Positions 29,298 to 41,428 of a stretch of DNA of 51,234 nt are shown here, in pieces. The position numbers and the translations under genes are program-made. Origin of the DNA: SAR86 cluster bacterium AG-339-G14 (GTDB lineage Bacteria; Pseudomonadota; Gammaproteobacteria; Magnimaribacterales; AG-339-G14); contig QCAB01000004.1 in NCBI GenBank assembly GCA_003282105.1, positions 1 through 51,234 of the forward strand, given 5' to 3'. The first letter of the stretch is position 1; every line of letters starts with the position of its first letter. The notes under the pieces are model-generated. The model was not told the origin of the DNA. It did not search any database and saw only the letters and a list, made by a program, of their open reading frames with translations.

Positions 29298-32083
29298 AAC
29301 AACTTAAGGAAACATTAAATTTACCTACCACCAGGTTTTCTATGAAAGCGAATCTTTCACAAAAAGAACCAGGAATATTAGAGTATTGGAAAGAAATTAA
29401 TCTATATCAACTGATTCAAAATAAGAATAAGGGCAAACCTTCGTTTAATCTTCATGATGGACCTCCATACGCAAATGGGCCTATTCATTTAGGCCACACT
29501 GTAAATAAAATTCTTAAAGACATAATCATTAAGACCAAAAATTTCTCTGGATATTCTGCGCCTTATGTTCCTGGATGGGATTGTCATGGACTTCCAATCG
29601 AGCTAAATGTTGAAAAAAAATATGGAAAAGCTAAGAAGGATTTATCTATTGATGAATTTAGACTTCGTTGCAGAGATTATGCCAATCAACAAATTGCCAT
29701 TCAAAAAAAAGATTTTATTAGACTTGGAGTGCTAGGGGACTGGGAAAATCCATACAAATCTATGGACTTTGAATTCGAAGCAAATATTGTTCGAGCGCTT
29801 GGAAAAGTTATAGAAGCAGGGCATTTATCAAGGGGATTTAAACCTGTTTATTGGTGTGAAAATTGTGCATCTGCTCTTGCAGAAGCGGAGGTTGAATATA
29901 TTGAAAAAGAATCAAATGCTATTGATTTTTTATTCCCTGTTGATTCTAAGTTATTGGAGAAAATATTTAACTTGAAGATAAATTTCGACTGCTATATTGC
30001 TTCATGGACAACAACACCCTGGACTATTCCTGCTAATAAAGCTATATCCGTTAATCCAGATCTAGAATACGAGCTAATTGAATTAGAGGTTAAAAAAAGA
30101 AAATTAGTTTTAGTTGTTGCATCAAGTCTTAAAGAAAAAACCTTAGAACGATATGAAGTTACCAACAATAATTCTTTAGGAAAAAGCTTAGGAAAAGAAC
30201 TAGAAGGCATTGTTTGTAAGCATCCTTTGTTGGATCAAGAGTCTCCAATTATTTTAGGCTCCCATGTTACTGACGAAATGGGAACGGGACTTGTGCATAC
30301 CGCTCCAGCTCATGGTTTAGAAGATTATGAAGCATGTAAAAATCATAACTTTGATTCTTCTAGCCTAGTTCAAGCTGATGGAAAATTTTCAAAAGACACT
30401 CCATTTGTAGGCGGAAAAAAATTAGATGAAGCAAATGAAATTGTTATAGACGAGTTAAACAAAATGAAGCTTTTGTTTTCAAAAAATAAGTTTAGGCATA
30501 GTTTTCCGCATTGTTGGAGACATAAAACCCCACTTTTTTTTCGTGCTACTCCTCAATGGTTTATTTCTATGGATAAAAATAAACTTCTTGAAGAATGTCT
30601 ATCAAAAATTGAGGAAATAAATTGGTTACCTGATTGGGGTAAATCAAGAATAAATTCTATGATGTCGGAACGACCTGATTGGTGTATCTCCAGACAGAGA
30701 CATTGGGGAGCTCCAATTCCTTTATTTGTAAGTAAATCTTCCGGAAAGATTCATAAAGATACAATAAAGATAATCGAAATGGTCGCAGATGAAATTGAAA
30801 AGAATGGTGCTGAAAGTTGGTTTACCTCTGATCCATCGAAATTTTTAGGAGATGATTCCGATGAATATGAAAAAATTACTGATACCTTGGACGTTTGGTT
30901 CGATTCTGGTGTGACTCATTATTGTTCAAATTACCAACCAAAAGATTCAATAGTCCCTGCGGATTTGTATTTAGAAGGTTCTGATCAACACAGAGGTTGG
31001 TTTCAATCTTCACTACTTACTGGTCTAGCAATTAATAATGAATCGCCTTATCGGACAGCATTAACCCATGGATTTGTTGTTGATGCCGATGGTAGAAAAA
31101 TGTCTAAATCTCTAGGCAATGTAATTTCACCTCAATCAATATGGAATAAAAAGGGGGCAGATATTTTAAGAGCATGGACAGCATCAACAGATTTCAGAAA
31201 TGAAATGAATTTTTCAGAAGAATCTCTTGAAAGAACAAGCGATGCTTACAGAAGAATCAGAAATACGCTGAGATTTTTAATGGGCAACCTGAATGAATTT
31301 AATTTCCAAGAAGACAAGATAAGCCCTGAGAATTATTCAGAACTTGATAAGTGGATTATTATGAAGGGAATGGAGCTCCAAGAAGAAGTAATCATAGACT
31401 ATGACAGTTACGAAATTCACTTGGCTTTCCAAAAAATTTTAAATTTTTGCACCAACGAACTTGGCGGTTTTTACTTAGATATTATTAAAGATCGACTTTA
31501 CACTTCAAAGAGAGATGGGGTTGCAAGAAAGTCAGCACAATCAGCGATGTTTCAAATTTACTCTTCATTAGTAACTTTAATTGCTCCAATACTCTCTTTC
31601 ACGGCCGAAGAAGCATTTGTTGAAATGAGTGGCGAAGGTTCTTCAATTTTTCTAGGTGAATGGTTTAATGATTGGGAAACCTTTGATTCCAAGATTGATG
31701 AAGATTTGTGGGCCAAACTTATCTCTTTGAGAGACGAGGTAAATAAAGAAATTGAAGAAAAACGAAACTTAAATGAAATTGGATCTTCCTTAGAAGCTAA
31801 GGTAGATCTGAGTTGTGATGATGGGGTTTTCATGAGGCTAAACGACCTTAAAGATGAGTTAAAATTTCTGTTCATTTCTTCTGATGTAGATTTAAAATTA
31901 GATGAACAAAATTCAAAAAGTTTATCCGAAGAAGTAAAAATAAAAGTCTCAAAAAGTTCAAACAAGAAGTGCGACAGATGCTGGCATCACGTAGATAGAC
32001 TAATAAAATATCAAGACGAAAATATTTGTTTGAGGTGCCAAGAAAACATAGACGGTTCTGGAGAAATAAGATTATTTTTCTGA
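29294..32083 (+). CDS. ileS: Isoleucine--tRNA ligase (type 1)
   Basis: GPPYANG.IHLGH, WTTTPWT, WCISRQR.WG, KMSKSLGN, C-terminal CDRCW zinc finger. Confidence 0.99.
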   Translation: MKQLKETLNLPTTRFSMKANLSQKEPGILEYWKEINLYQLIQNKNKGKPSFNLHDGPPYANGPIHLGHTVNKILKDIIIKTKNFSGYSAPYVPGWDCHGLPIELNVEKKYGKAKKDLSIDEFRLRCRDYANQQIAIQKKDFIRLGVLGDWENPYKSMDFEFEANIVRALGKVIEAGHLSRGFKPVYWCENCASALAEAEVEYIEKESNAIDFLFPVDSKLLEKIFNLKINFDCYIASWTTTPWTIPANKAISVNPDLEYELIELEVKKRKLVLVVASSLKEKTLERYEVTNNNSLGKSLGKELEGIVCKHPLLDQESPIILGSHVTDEMGTGLVHTAPAHGLEDYEACKNHNFDSSSLVQADGKFSKDTPFVGGKKLDEANEIVIDELNKMKLLFSKNKFRHSFPHCWRHKTPLFFRATPQWFISMDKNKLLEECLSKIEEINWLPDWGKSRINSMMSERPDWCISRQRHWGAPIPLFVSKSSGKIHKDTIKIIEMVADEIEKNGAESWFTSDPSKFLGDDSDEYEKITDTLDVWFDSGVTHYCSNYQPKDSIVPADLYLEGSDQHRGWFQSSLLTGLAINNESPYRTALTHGFVVDADGRKMSKSLGNVISPQSIWNKKGADILRAWTASTDFRNEMNFSEESLERTSDAYRRIRNTLRFLMGNLNEFNFQEDKISPENYSELDKWIIMKGMELQEEVIIDYDSYEIHLAFQKILNFCTNELGGFYLDIIKDRLYTSKRDGVARKSAQSAMFQIYSSLVTLIAPILSFTAEEAFVEMSGEGSSIFLGEWFNDWETFDSKIDEDLWAKLISLRDEVNKEIEEKRNLNEIGSSLEAKVDLSCDDGVFMRLNDLKDELKFLFISSDVDLKLDEQNSKSLSEEVKIKVSKSSNKKCDRCWHHVDRLIKYQDENICLRCQENIDGSGEIRLFF

Positions 32084-32087
32084 TTGA

Positions 32088-32561
32088 ATGAAATCTTTTT
32101 TAGTTGTTTTATTAGCTTCATTGATAAGTCTTGATCAATTATCTAAAGCTTGGATTTATAAAAATTTTGAAGTTTTTCAATCCTTAGAAGTCTTTTATTT
32201 CCTAAACTTCACGTTTGTTAAAAACTATGGTTTTGCTTTTAGCTTTTTGAATGATGAAAGCTTAAATTTAAATGCTCTAATAGGTGTTTTAATTTTTTTT
32301 ATTTGTGTTTATTTAGCTTATTTTATTTTTTTAAAAGCACACAAAGAGACCCTATTAAAAAATCAGTTAATGAGTTTTAGTCTGATTTTAGCAGGTGGAT
32401 TGGGGAATTTACTCGATAGATTGATGTATGGATATGTAATCGATTTTATTGATATAACATTCAATTCATACGTGTTCAATTTAGCAGATTCTTATGTCAC
32501 TATAGGATTGATAATGTATGTTATTTTTTCTCTGAAAAGTAAGCCTTATGAAAACAATTAA
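32088..32561 (+). CDS. lspA: Signal peptidase II
   Basis: DQLSK, NYGFAFS, GGLGNLLDR, VIDFI, FNLADS. Confidence 0.96.
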   Translation: MKSFLVVLLASLISLDQLSKAWIYKNFEVFQSLEVFYFLNFTFVKNYGFAFSFLNDESLNLNALIGVLIFFICVYLAYFIFLKAHKETLLKNQLMSFSLILAGGLGNLLDRLMYGYVIDFIDITFNSYVFNLADSYVTIGLIMYVIFSLKSKPYENN

Positions 32562-33483
32562 GCTAGCGAACCCAAGGGGTTTTTGCGCTGGAGTAGATAG
32601 AGCAATTGATATAGTTTCGAAAGCATTAGAGATTTATGATGATCCAGTTTATGTCAGACATGAGGTTGTCCATAACAGGAAAGTAGTTGATGATCTCAAA
32701 TCAAGAGGTGCTGTGTTTGTAGAAGAATTATCAGAAATTCCTGACGATGGCATTACCATTTTCTCAGCACACGGAATTTCAGCATCCGTAGAAAATGAAG
32801 CTGAGGATAGAAAATTAAAATTCTTTGATGCAACTTGCCCTTTGGTTTCAAAAGTTCACAAAGAAGTTATTAGGTTTGCTAGCGCAGGAAAAGACATAAT
32901 TATGATTGGTCATAAAAATCATCCAGAGGTTGAAGGCACTCTTGGAAGATTTCCGGAGCATTCTCGAGGAAAAATGTATTTGGTAGAAAATTTAGAACAG
33001 GCTAAAACTATAAAGGTTAATCAACCAGATAATTTATGTTTAGTAACACAAACAACTTTGTCCGTTTCAGATACGGAAGGAATTGTAGAAGAATTGAAGA
33101 CTAGATTTCCTCTAATGCAAGAGCCAAAATCCGAAGACATATGCTATGCCACTCAGAATAGACAAGATGCCGTGAAGCAACTAGCTTTAGAATCGGATTT
33201 AATAATTGTGGTTGGATCTCAGAATAGCTCGAATTCAACTAGGCTAAAAGAATTAGCAGAAAATTGTGGAGTCAAGTCTGTGCTTTTAGACGAACCAGAG
33301 AAAATAAATCTTTTAGACTTGAAAAATATAGAAACGATTGGAATTACTGCAGGAGCATCAGCTCCAGAAGAATTGGTTCAAGAAATGGTCAAGAAATGCA
33401 ATTTGCTTGGGTATCAAATTAACGAAGAGATGGAAGGTTTGAAAGAAAAAGTATTTTTTAAATTACCCGTAGAGTTGCGATGA
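32548..33483 (+). CDS. ispH: 4-hydroxy-3-methylbut-2-enyl diphosphate reductase
   Basis: PRGFCAGVDRA, DATCPLV.KVH, ICYATQNRQ, SSNS, TAGASAPE. Confidence 0.98.
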   Translation: MKTIKLANPRGFCAGVDRAIDIVSKALEIYDDPVYVRHEVVHNRKVVDDLKSRGAVFVEELSEIPDDGITIFSAHGISASVENEAEDRKLKFFDATCPLVSKVHKEVIRFASAGKDIIMIGHKNHPEVEGTLGRFPEHSRGKMYLVENLEQAKTIKVNQPDNLCLVTQTTLSVSDTEGIVEELKTRFPLMQEPKSEDICYATQNRQDAVKQLALESDLIIVVGSQNSSNSTRLKELAENCGVKSVLLDEPEKINLLDLKNIETIGITAGASAPEELVQEMVKKCNLLGYQINEEMEGLKEKVFFKLPVELR

Positions 33484-34721
33484 AAAAAAAAGTAGCAATT
33501 ATTGGCGCAGGTATTGCAGGAACGACGACTGCATATTCTCTTGCAAAAAACGGGATGGATGTAACTTTAATTGATTCAAGAAGGTACCCCGCAATGGCTA
33601 CCAGTTATGCTAATGGAGGGCAGTTGAGTGCAAGTAACTCAGAGGTGTGGAACACTCCAAAAAATCTTATTAATGGCATGAAGTGGATGTTTAAAAAGGA
33701 TGCGCCTTTATTATTTAATCCTTCACCTAGTCTTGAGAAATATAAGTGGATTTTAGGATTTCTTGCAGCTACTTTTGACGGAAAGCACAAGTCGAAAACT
33801 CAGGAAACTATAGAGTTAGCAAAAAGAGCAAGAGAGATTTATTACAAAATTTCAGATGAAGAGGGAATTGAATTTGATTTACTAAAAAAAGGCATTCTGC
33901 ATTTTTATGATACTCAAAAGGAGTTAGATTCAGCCGCCTCAAAAGCATCTTGGCTTGATCAAGAAGGAATGGAATGGGAAGTTCTAGACGCAGATCAAGT
34001 TGAAGATCTAGAACCAGCCTTCAAGTCTACCGCTAATCAAAAAAAATTAATTGGCGGAATTTATACGAAATCTGATGCGAGCGGAGATATTCATAAGTTC
34101 TGTAAAAATATGCATAAACTTTTAGAAAAAAAATACGATGTTAAATCACTTTTCAATACAGAAATTGAAAGTATTTATAAAGATAGAGATAAGGTGATTT
34201 TATCTGCAGCGTCGGAGACAGAAACTAAAGGATTCCATTTCGATAAAGTAGCTATTTGTGCAGGTATAGATACTCAAAAATTTGCTGACAGTCTTGGAGA
34301 TAAAATGCGCGTATATCCGGTAAAGGGCTACAGTGTGACTATCCACTTAGATGATAGCGTTTCTCAAAATTCAGCCCCACATGTGTCTCTTTTAGATGAT
34401 CCAAAAAAGATTGTTTCTAGCCGCCTTGGAAATAGGCTAAGAGTTGCTGGAACCGCAGAGTTAGCAGGAAAAAATAAGGACATAAAACAGGATAGAATAA
34501 GACCTTTGTTGGCTTGGGTTCGTGAATATTTTCCAAATGTTAGTACAGAAAACTATACACCTTGGGCTGGTTTGAGACCTATGACACCTGACATGATGCC
34601 GCTGGTATTTGAAAGCAAAGCTAAAGGTATTTTCTATAACACTGGGCATGGCCATTTAGGATGGACTCTAGGTGCCGCGACCGGAGATTTACTGGCCTCA
34701 AAAATAATAAATGCAGATTAA
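33480..34721 (+). CDS. dadA: D-amino acid dehydrogenase
   Basis: GAGIAG FAD motif, TSYANGGQLS, YPVKGYS, WAGLRPMTP, NTGHGHLGWT. Confidence 0.9.
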   Translation: MKKKVAIIGAGIAGTTTAYSLAKNGMDVTLIDSRRYPAMATSYANGGQLSASNSEVWNTPKNLINGMKWMFKKDAPLLFNPSPSLEKYKWILGFLAATFDGKHKSKTQETIELAKRAREIYYKISDEEGIEFDLLKKGILHFYDTQKELDSAASKASWLDQEGMEWEVLDADQVEDLEPAFKSTANQKKLIGGIYTKSDASGDIHKFCKNMHKLLEKKYDVKSLFNTEIESIYKDRDKVILSAASETETKGFHFDKVAICAGIDTQKFADSLGDKMRVYPVKGYSVTIHLDDSVSQNSAPHVSLLDDPKKIVSSRLGNRLRVAGTAELAGKNKDIKQDRIRPLLAWVREYFPNVSTENYTPWAGLRPMTPDMMPLVFESKAKGIFYNTGHGHLGWTLGAATGDLLASKIINAD

Positions 34722-35250
34722 ATCAGGCTGGATTGCTGAAGCAAAAAAAGTAAATTCTCCAAATTTCGAAGACAGACCTTTGAATACTTCTATAGATCTC
34801 GTAGTTATCCATTGCATAAGCCTTCCCCCTGGTGAGTTCGGGACAAAAAATATAGATGATTTTTTTCTTAATAAATTAGATATTTCTAAGCATGAGTATT
34901 TTAAGGAAATTTCAGGTTTAAAAGTTTCTTCTCATTTTTTAATTGAAAGAACGGGAAATTTAAAACAATTTGTTTCAATAGATAAAAAGGCTTGGCACGC
35001 TGGAGTCTCTTCATTTAAAAATCGAGAAAATTGTAATGATTTCTCTATCGGCATCGAACTTGAAGGAACTGACGATTCTGTGTATGAAAAAAATCAATAC
35101 AATACTTTGATAAAGCTAGTAATCTCGCTGATGCGAAAATACCCAAACATTACCAAAGAAAGAGTGGTTGGTCATTCGGAGATAGCTCCAAAAAGAAAAA
35201 CAGATCCAGGAATAAAATTTGACTGGGATTATATAAAATCTAAAATCTAG
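34711..35250 (+). CDS. ampD: 1,6-anhydro-N-acetylmuramyl-L-alanine amidase
   Basis: IHCISLPPGEFG, AWHAGVS, CNDFSIGIELEG, GHSEIAP.RKTDPG. Confidence 0.96.
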   Translation: MQIKSGWIAEAKKVNSPNFEDRPLNTSIDLVVIHCISLPPGEFGTKNIDDFFLNKLDISKHEYFKEISGLKVSSHFLIERTGNLKQFVSIDKKAWHAGVSSFKNRENCNDFSIGIELEGTDDSVYEKNQYNTLIKLVISLMRKYPNITKERVVGHSEIAPKRKTDPGIKFDWDYIKSKI

Positions 35251-35252
35251 CT

Positions 35253-35735
35253 ATGCCTTCCTTTGACATAGAATCTAAAGTAGATAGCCATGAGCTAACA
35301 AACGCAGTGGATCAATCAAATAGAGTTATTTCGAACCGTTTCGATTTTAAAAATGCAAATGCCATGTTTGAAATAAAAGAAAATAAGCTTTCTATTTCGG
35401 CAAACGAAATTTTTCAGATTGACCAAATGATACCTATTCTCAAGGAGAATCTTTCGAAAAGATCTATTGACTTAAAAGCTCTAGAGTTTGGAGAAAAGAC
35501 TTCTAACAATAATAAAGCCTTATTAGATGCCAATATTATCCAAGGAGTAAGTCAGGAAATTTCTAAAAAAATTATCAAAATCATTAAAGATTCCAAAATC
35601 AAAGCTCAAGGATCAATTCAAGGAGATAGCTTAAGAGTGTCAGGAAAAAAGCGGGATGATCTTCAAGCAATTATAAATTCTTTAAAGAATGAAGAATTCG
35701 AAATCCCTCTACAGTTTGTAAATTTCAGAGATTAA
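35253..35735 (+). CDS. yajQ: YajQ family nucleotide/c-di-GMP-binding protein
   Basis: MPSFDI.S, RFDFK, RVSGKKRDDLQ, PLQFVNFRD. Confidence 0.96.
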   Translation: MPSFDIESKVDSHELTNAVDQSNRVISNRFDFKNANAMFEIKENKLSISANEIFQIDQMIPILKENLSKRSIDLKALEFGEKTSNNNKALLDANIIQGVSQEISKKIIKIIKDSKIKAQGSIQGDSLRVSGKKRDDLQAIINSLKNEEFEIPLQFVNFRD

Positions 35736-35736
35736 T

Positions 35737-37017
35737 ATGCCTTGGCTCAGTTCTTTTAAGGGTTATTTACAACCTAGAGTACTTTTAATTGCCGGACTAG
35801 GAGTCCTTTCAGGCTTGCCACTGGGGCTTTTAATTGATCCCTTGAGATATTGGTTATCTGAAATAGGTATCGAAAAATCTACCATAGGGTTGCTTTCTTT
35901 GGTGATGCTTTCCTATTCGTTAAAAATGTTTTGGGCTCCTTTAGTTGATAGATTAAGAATTCCTTTTCTATCTGCGATTGGGCAAAGAAAAAGTTGGTTG
36001 CTCTTGGCCCAGATTCTTACTTTTTTGTGCATTCTTCTCGTTGGATCAATCGATCCTTCTAAAGAATTAAATTTATTTATTCTTTTCGTATTGGGTATAA
36101 GTTTTTTTTCTGCAACTCAGGATATCTGTGTTGATGCAATGCGTATTGAATTGGTCGAAAAGAAAGCCATCGGCGAGGCCTCGGCGCTTTACATTATCGG
36201 ATATAGAATTGGAGTTATTTTTCTCTCGCAGGTGATAACTTTTTACATTGCAGACTCATATGGCTGGAGTGCAGCTTATTTTAGTATCGGAGGAATTTTT
36301 ATCATCACCTCTTTAATTCTAATACTTATAGTTCCTGAGCCTGAAAGAGACGAAAAAGATTATATTTCTTTGTTAAAAAATCCTAATTTGTGGTTCAAAG
36401 ATTCCTTTATCCTGCCATTTGCCGATTTGATTTCAAGGTACAAAACTCATTTACTCTTATTATTAGGAATTACATTTACTTATAGATTAAGCGATATGTT
36501 CTTAGGCCCTATGGCAATGCCTTTTTATCAAGAGATTGGTTTTACAAAAATTCAGGTAGCTCAAATAACAAACTTCTATGGAATGTGGATGACAATACTA
36601 GGCGGACTCTTTGCAGGATTAACTCTACATAGATTTGGATTAGTTAAGAATATGATTGCAGGTGCAATTTTCGTTCCATTAGCAAATATTCCTTTTATAT
36701 TTTTAAATTTAATTGGCAATGACGTGAATTTCTTAATTTTTACAATTACTGTAGACAATTTCTCCCAGGGATTCATTTCTGTCGTTGGGATAACTTTTTT
36801 GTCAAATATGGTTTCCGCAACTTACACGGCAACTCAATACGCCTTGCTTTATGGTCTAGTAGTAATTCCACCAAATATAATTTCTAGTGGATCAGGATTT
36901 GTCGCGGAAGCTTATGGTTTTCAAAATTTTTTTATTCTTTGTGCTCTTTTAGGCATACCAGCTATCGTTCTAACTTTGATGGTTTGGCAGAAGAGGGAAG
37001 TTTTCGGCTTTGACTAA
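35737..37017 (+). CDS. ampG: Muropeptide MFS permease AmpG
   Basis: SGLP, WAPLVD, GQRKSWLLLAQ, SATQDI.VDA.RIE, YTATQYAL. Confidence 0.93.
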   Translation: MPWLSSFKGYLQPRVLLIAGLGVLSGLPLGLLIDPLRYWLSEIGIEKSTIGLLSLVMLSYSLKMFWAPLVDRLRIPFLSAIGQRKSWLLLAQILTFLCILLVGSIDPSKELNLFILFVLGISFFSATQDICVDAMRIELVEKKAIGEASALYIIGYRIGVIFLSQVITFYIADSYGWSAAYFSIGGIFIITSLILILIVPEPERDEKDYISLLKNPNLWFKDSFILPFADLISRYKTHLLLLLGITFTYRLSDMFLGPMAMPFYQEIGFTKIQVAQITNFYGMWMTILGGLFAGLTLHRFGLVKNMIAGAIFVPLANIPFIFLNLIGNDVNFLIFTITVDNFSQGFISVVGITFLSNMVSATYTATQYALLYGLVVIPPNIISSGSGFVAEAYGFQNFFILCALLGIPAIVLTLMVWQKREVFGFD

Positions 37018-37357
37018 AAATAAATTCTCGTTGGTTTGGACGATAATTTTTTTATTTTTTTTTAGTTTAATTTCCTATGGCTTATTTTCTCATCCAAATG
37101 TAAATTCAGATTTTTTTCTTCCCGACGAAGTTTCCCATTTTATGGCTTTCTTAATTTTGACTTACACAATTTATAAATCCATGGGGTCAATTAACTGGAT
37201 ATTTCTAATCTTACTTTATGGATTAATTTCTGAGATCATCCAATTTTATCTGCCGTATAGAGATTTTCAGCTAAATGATTTATTTTTTAATTTTTTTGGC
37301 ATTCTAAGTGCAATATTTGTAATTTTCTTTTTAAAAAAACTTGAAAAACCTAATTAA
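37010..37357 (+). CDS. VanZ family membrane protein
   Basis: D..SHFMAF, SEIIQFYLPYR....ND...N..G. Confidence 0.8.
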   Translation: MTKNKFSLVWTIIFLFFFSLISYGLFSHPNVNSDFFLPDEVSHFMAFLILTYTIYKSMGSINWIFLILLYGLISEIIQFYLPYRDFQLNDLFFNFFGILSAIFVIFFLKKLEKPN

Positions 37358-37367
37358 GAACATAGAT
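37340..37367 (+). promoter_or_regulatory. Putative sigma-32 promoter of groES-groEL
   Basis: CTTGAAA-N13-ACATAGAT: perfect -35, weak -10; expected regulon member. Confidence 0.5.
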
Positions 37368-37449
37368 ACATTTTAGTTGTGTATTTAGCTAGTCTTAACT
37401 AGAATGCGCATCTTAGACATTTATTAAGAATTTTTAAAAGGAGAATTAA

Positions 37450-37743
37450 ATGAAATTTAATCCACTTGGCGATAAGCTCCTAGTAAGAAGAGGAGAAGAA
37501 GAAGAAACCTCTGCCGGAGGTATTGTGCTACCTGGTTCTGCAGCTGAGAAACCCTCTCAAGGAGAAGTTCTCGCAGTTGGACCTGGAAGGACTTTAGATA
37601 ATGGAGAAGTCTCCGAGATTCCAGTGAAGGTAGGCGATACAATTGTTTTCGGTCAATACGCTGGAAGCAACACAATTAAAGTAGATGGTGAAGAGCTTTT
37701 AATTCTATCTGAGAGCGATTTACTAGGAACTGTTTCAAAATAA
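37450..37743 (+). CDS. groES: Co-chaperonin GroES
   Basis: [23 protein letters not shown]; SD AAGGAG. Confidence 0.99.
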   Translation: MKFNPLGDKLLVRRGEEEETSAGGIVLPGSAAEKPSQGEVLAVGPGRTLDNGEVSEIPVKVGDTIVFGQYAGSNTIKVDGEELLILSESDLLGTVSK

Positions 37744-37763
37744 TTAAATTTACAAAGAGGTAA

Positions 37764-39413
<1,650 letters not shown>

Positions 39414-39425
39414 CGATTACATTTC

Positions 39426-39456
39426 AAAAAAAGGGCTCTATTGAGCCCTTTTTTTT
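39426..39456 (+). terminator. Rho-independent terminator after groEL
   Basis: A7-GGGCTC-TATT-GAGCCC-T8. Confidence 0.92.
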
Positions 39457-39498
39457 AGCTGTTTATACAATATAATATAGCTTTGAGAGGGATAAATT

Positions 39499-40149
39499 AT
39501 GGAAGCTTATTTATACAACGTTTTATTTAGATGGGGCCACATTGTAGTAGGGATCGCATGGATTGGATTGCTTTATTATTTTAATTTTGTTCAAACAGAA
39601 TATGTAAAAAAAGCCGATCCTGAAGCTAAAAAAGACGTCATGCAGAAATTAGCTCCTAATGCGCTTTGGTGGTTCAGATGGGCAGCTTTTTTTACTTTTT
39701 TAACTGGTCTTTACCTTTTATATGTTCAAGAAAGAATGATTACTACCGCTATAGCTCTAGGAACTCTTATGGGCACCATAATGATGTTGAATGTGTGGGG
39801 CATAATATGGAGAAACCAAAAGGTCGTTATAGGTTTAAAAGAGGGCGATGCAGTAAAAGCAGGGGCAAAAGCAGCGCTTGCTTCAAGAACAAATACATTA
39901 CTTTCTCTTCCAATGCTTTATTTCATGGTCTCCTCAGCACATGGCGGAACAGCAGCTTATCCAAAATCATATCTATTAATTGATGGATATTTAAGTACAG
40001 GGTTTTGGATAGTTTTTGTAGCAGTTTTGCTCATTGAATTTAATGCTATTTTTGGAAAAATGTATTCAATGATTACCTCAGTGAGAAGTGTAATCGCATC
40101 GAGTTTAGTGTTAACTTTTGTTTGTTCGGGCCTAGTCTTTTATCTTTGA
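39499..40149 (+). CDS. PuuD/DUF989-like membrane protein (no cytochrome c domain)
   Basis: RWGHIVVGIAWIGLLYYFNF, WWFRWAA..T.LTG, NVWGIIW.NQK, SRTNT.LS.PM. Confidence 0.8.
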   Translation: MEAYLYNVLFRWGHIVVGIAWIGLLYYFNFVQTEYVKKADPEAKKDVMQKLAPNALWWFRWAAFFTFLTGLYLLYVQERMITTAIALGTLMGTIMMLNVWGIIWRNQKVVIGLKEGDAVKAGAKAALASRTNTLLSLPMLYFMVSSAHGGTAAYPKSYLLIDGYLSTGFWIVFVAVLLIEFNAIFGKMYSMITSVRSVIASSLVLTFVCSGLVFYL

Positions 40150-40153
40150 GGCG

Positions 40154-41428
40154 CTAATCTTCTTTAGGTTCTGAAACAGAGAGTTTTAGAATCTTAGCGA
40201 ACTTAATCATATTATCTTTGATTAAAACTGTTTCTATCAAATAGTTGTTTAGATTAATTGATACGTTAGATTCAGGAATAGTTTGAATTTTCTCTAAAAT
40301 TAATCCATTCAATGTTACAGGCCCTTCTAGTGGAAGGTCCCAAGACAACTTCTTATTGATTTCTCTTATAGCGGCGCTTCCGTCTATTAAATAGCTCCCG
40401 TCTTTTTGTTCTTGAATGTCAATTTTATCTCTAGCTTTATCTGTAGAAAGCTCTCCAACTATCTCTTCCAGAATGTCATTAATGTCTATAAGACCTTTAA
40501 CATCTCCATATTCATCAACAACGACCGCTGAAGTCTTGTTATCCTTCTGAAAATTAAATAGTTGATTGCTTAAAGGAGTATTTTCTAAAGCCACATAAAC
40601 ATCATCAGCAAAATCCATAAAACTTTTTATAGAAAGTTTGTTACTTATCAAAAATTTTTTAATACCATTCGTATCAATCGTTCCTTTTAGGTTATCAAGA
40701 CTTTGTTCATAGATTGGCATGATTTCCTTTTGATTGATTGCTATTTTTTCCATTAAGATCTCAAAATTTTCTTCTATATCAATTCCTAAAATTTCATTTC
40801 TTGGAGTCATTATTTCGTCAATTAAAATCTCATCTAAATCCAAAATGCTAGTCAACATGTCTTGATATCTTTTAGGTATCATTTCTCCTGAATTTTCAAG
40901 AACACTTTTAAGTTCCTCTGTTGTAATGTCTTCATTTTTATTTTCATCTTTAACATTGAGAAGGTCTAAAAGTGAATTTGAAAAAAAATTTACAACCCAA
41001 ATAAGAGGGTATAAAACTTTTTGTAAAACTTTTAGAATACCTGATGCCGGCAGAGCTATGCTTTCAGCATTTTTAGCTGCGAAAGTTTTAGGAGTCACTT
41101 CTGCAAAAATCAAAATTATTATAGTTAAAATAATAGAACCTATAAAAACTCCACTATTTCCAAATAATTCAAGACATAAAATAGTTGTTAAAGCTGCTGC
41201 TAATATATTTACAAAATTATTTCCTATTAAAATAACTCCTAGCAGCCTGTCGGGACGTTTTAATAATTTATCAGCCCTTTTAGCTGAGCGATTATTTTGT
41301 TTTATTAAGTGCTTCAACCTGTATTTATTAAGTGCCATCATGCCTGTCTCAGAACTAGAAAAAAATGCAGACAACACAAGTAAAATTGAAATACTGGAAA
41401 GAAGTAACCAGACGGGAATTTCGTTCAA
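40154..41428 (-). CDS. HlyC/CorC (CNNM, YfjD-like) transporter
   Basis: SAFFSSSET, ILIGNNFVNI, FAEVTPKT, CBS pair (VVDEYG), DILEEIVGE, CorC domain. Confidence 0.92.
   Translation of the reverse strand: MNEIPVWLLLSSISILLVLSAFFSSSETGMMALNKYRLKHLIKQNNRSAKRADKLLKRPDRLLGVILIGNNFVNILAAALTTILCLELFGNSGVFIGSIILTIIILIFAEVTPKTFAAKNAESIALPASGILKVLQKVLYPLIWVVNFFSNSLLDLLNVKDENKNEDITTEELKSVLENSGEMIPKRYQDMLTSILDLDEILIDEIMTPRNEILGIDIEENFEILMEKIAINQKEIMPIYEQSLDNLKGTIDTNGIKKFLISNKLSIKSFMDFADDVYVALENTPLSNQLFNFQKDNKTSAVVVDEYGDVKGLIDINDILEEIVGELSTDKARDKIDIQEQKDGSYLIDGSAAIREINKKLSWDLPLEGPVTLNGLILEKIQTIPESNVSINLNNYLIETVLIKDNMIKFAKILKLSVSEPKED

Noticed and set aside
37385-37412. CIRCE-like sequence upstream of groES (TTAGCTAGTC...GAATGCGCA)
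   Set aside because: Too many mismatches and wrong spacing versus TTAGCACTC-N9-GAGTGCTAA; only a short CTAGT/ACTAG hairpin is supported
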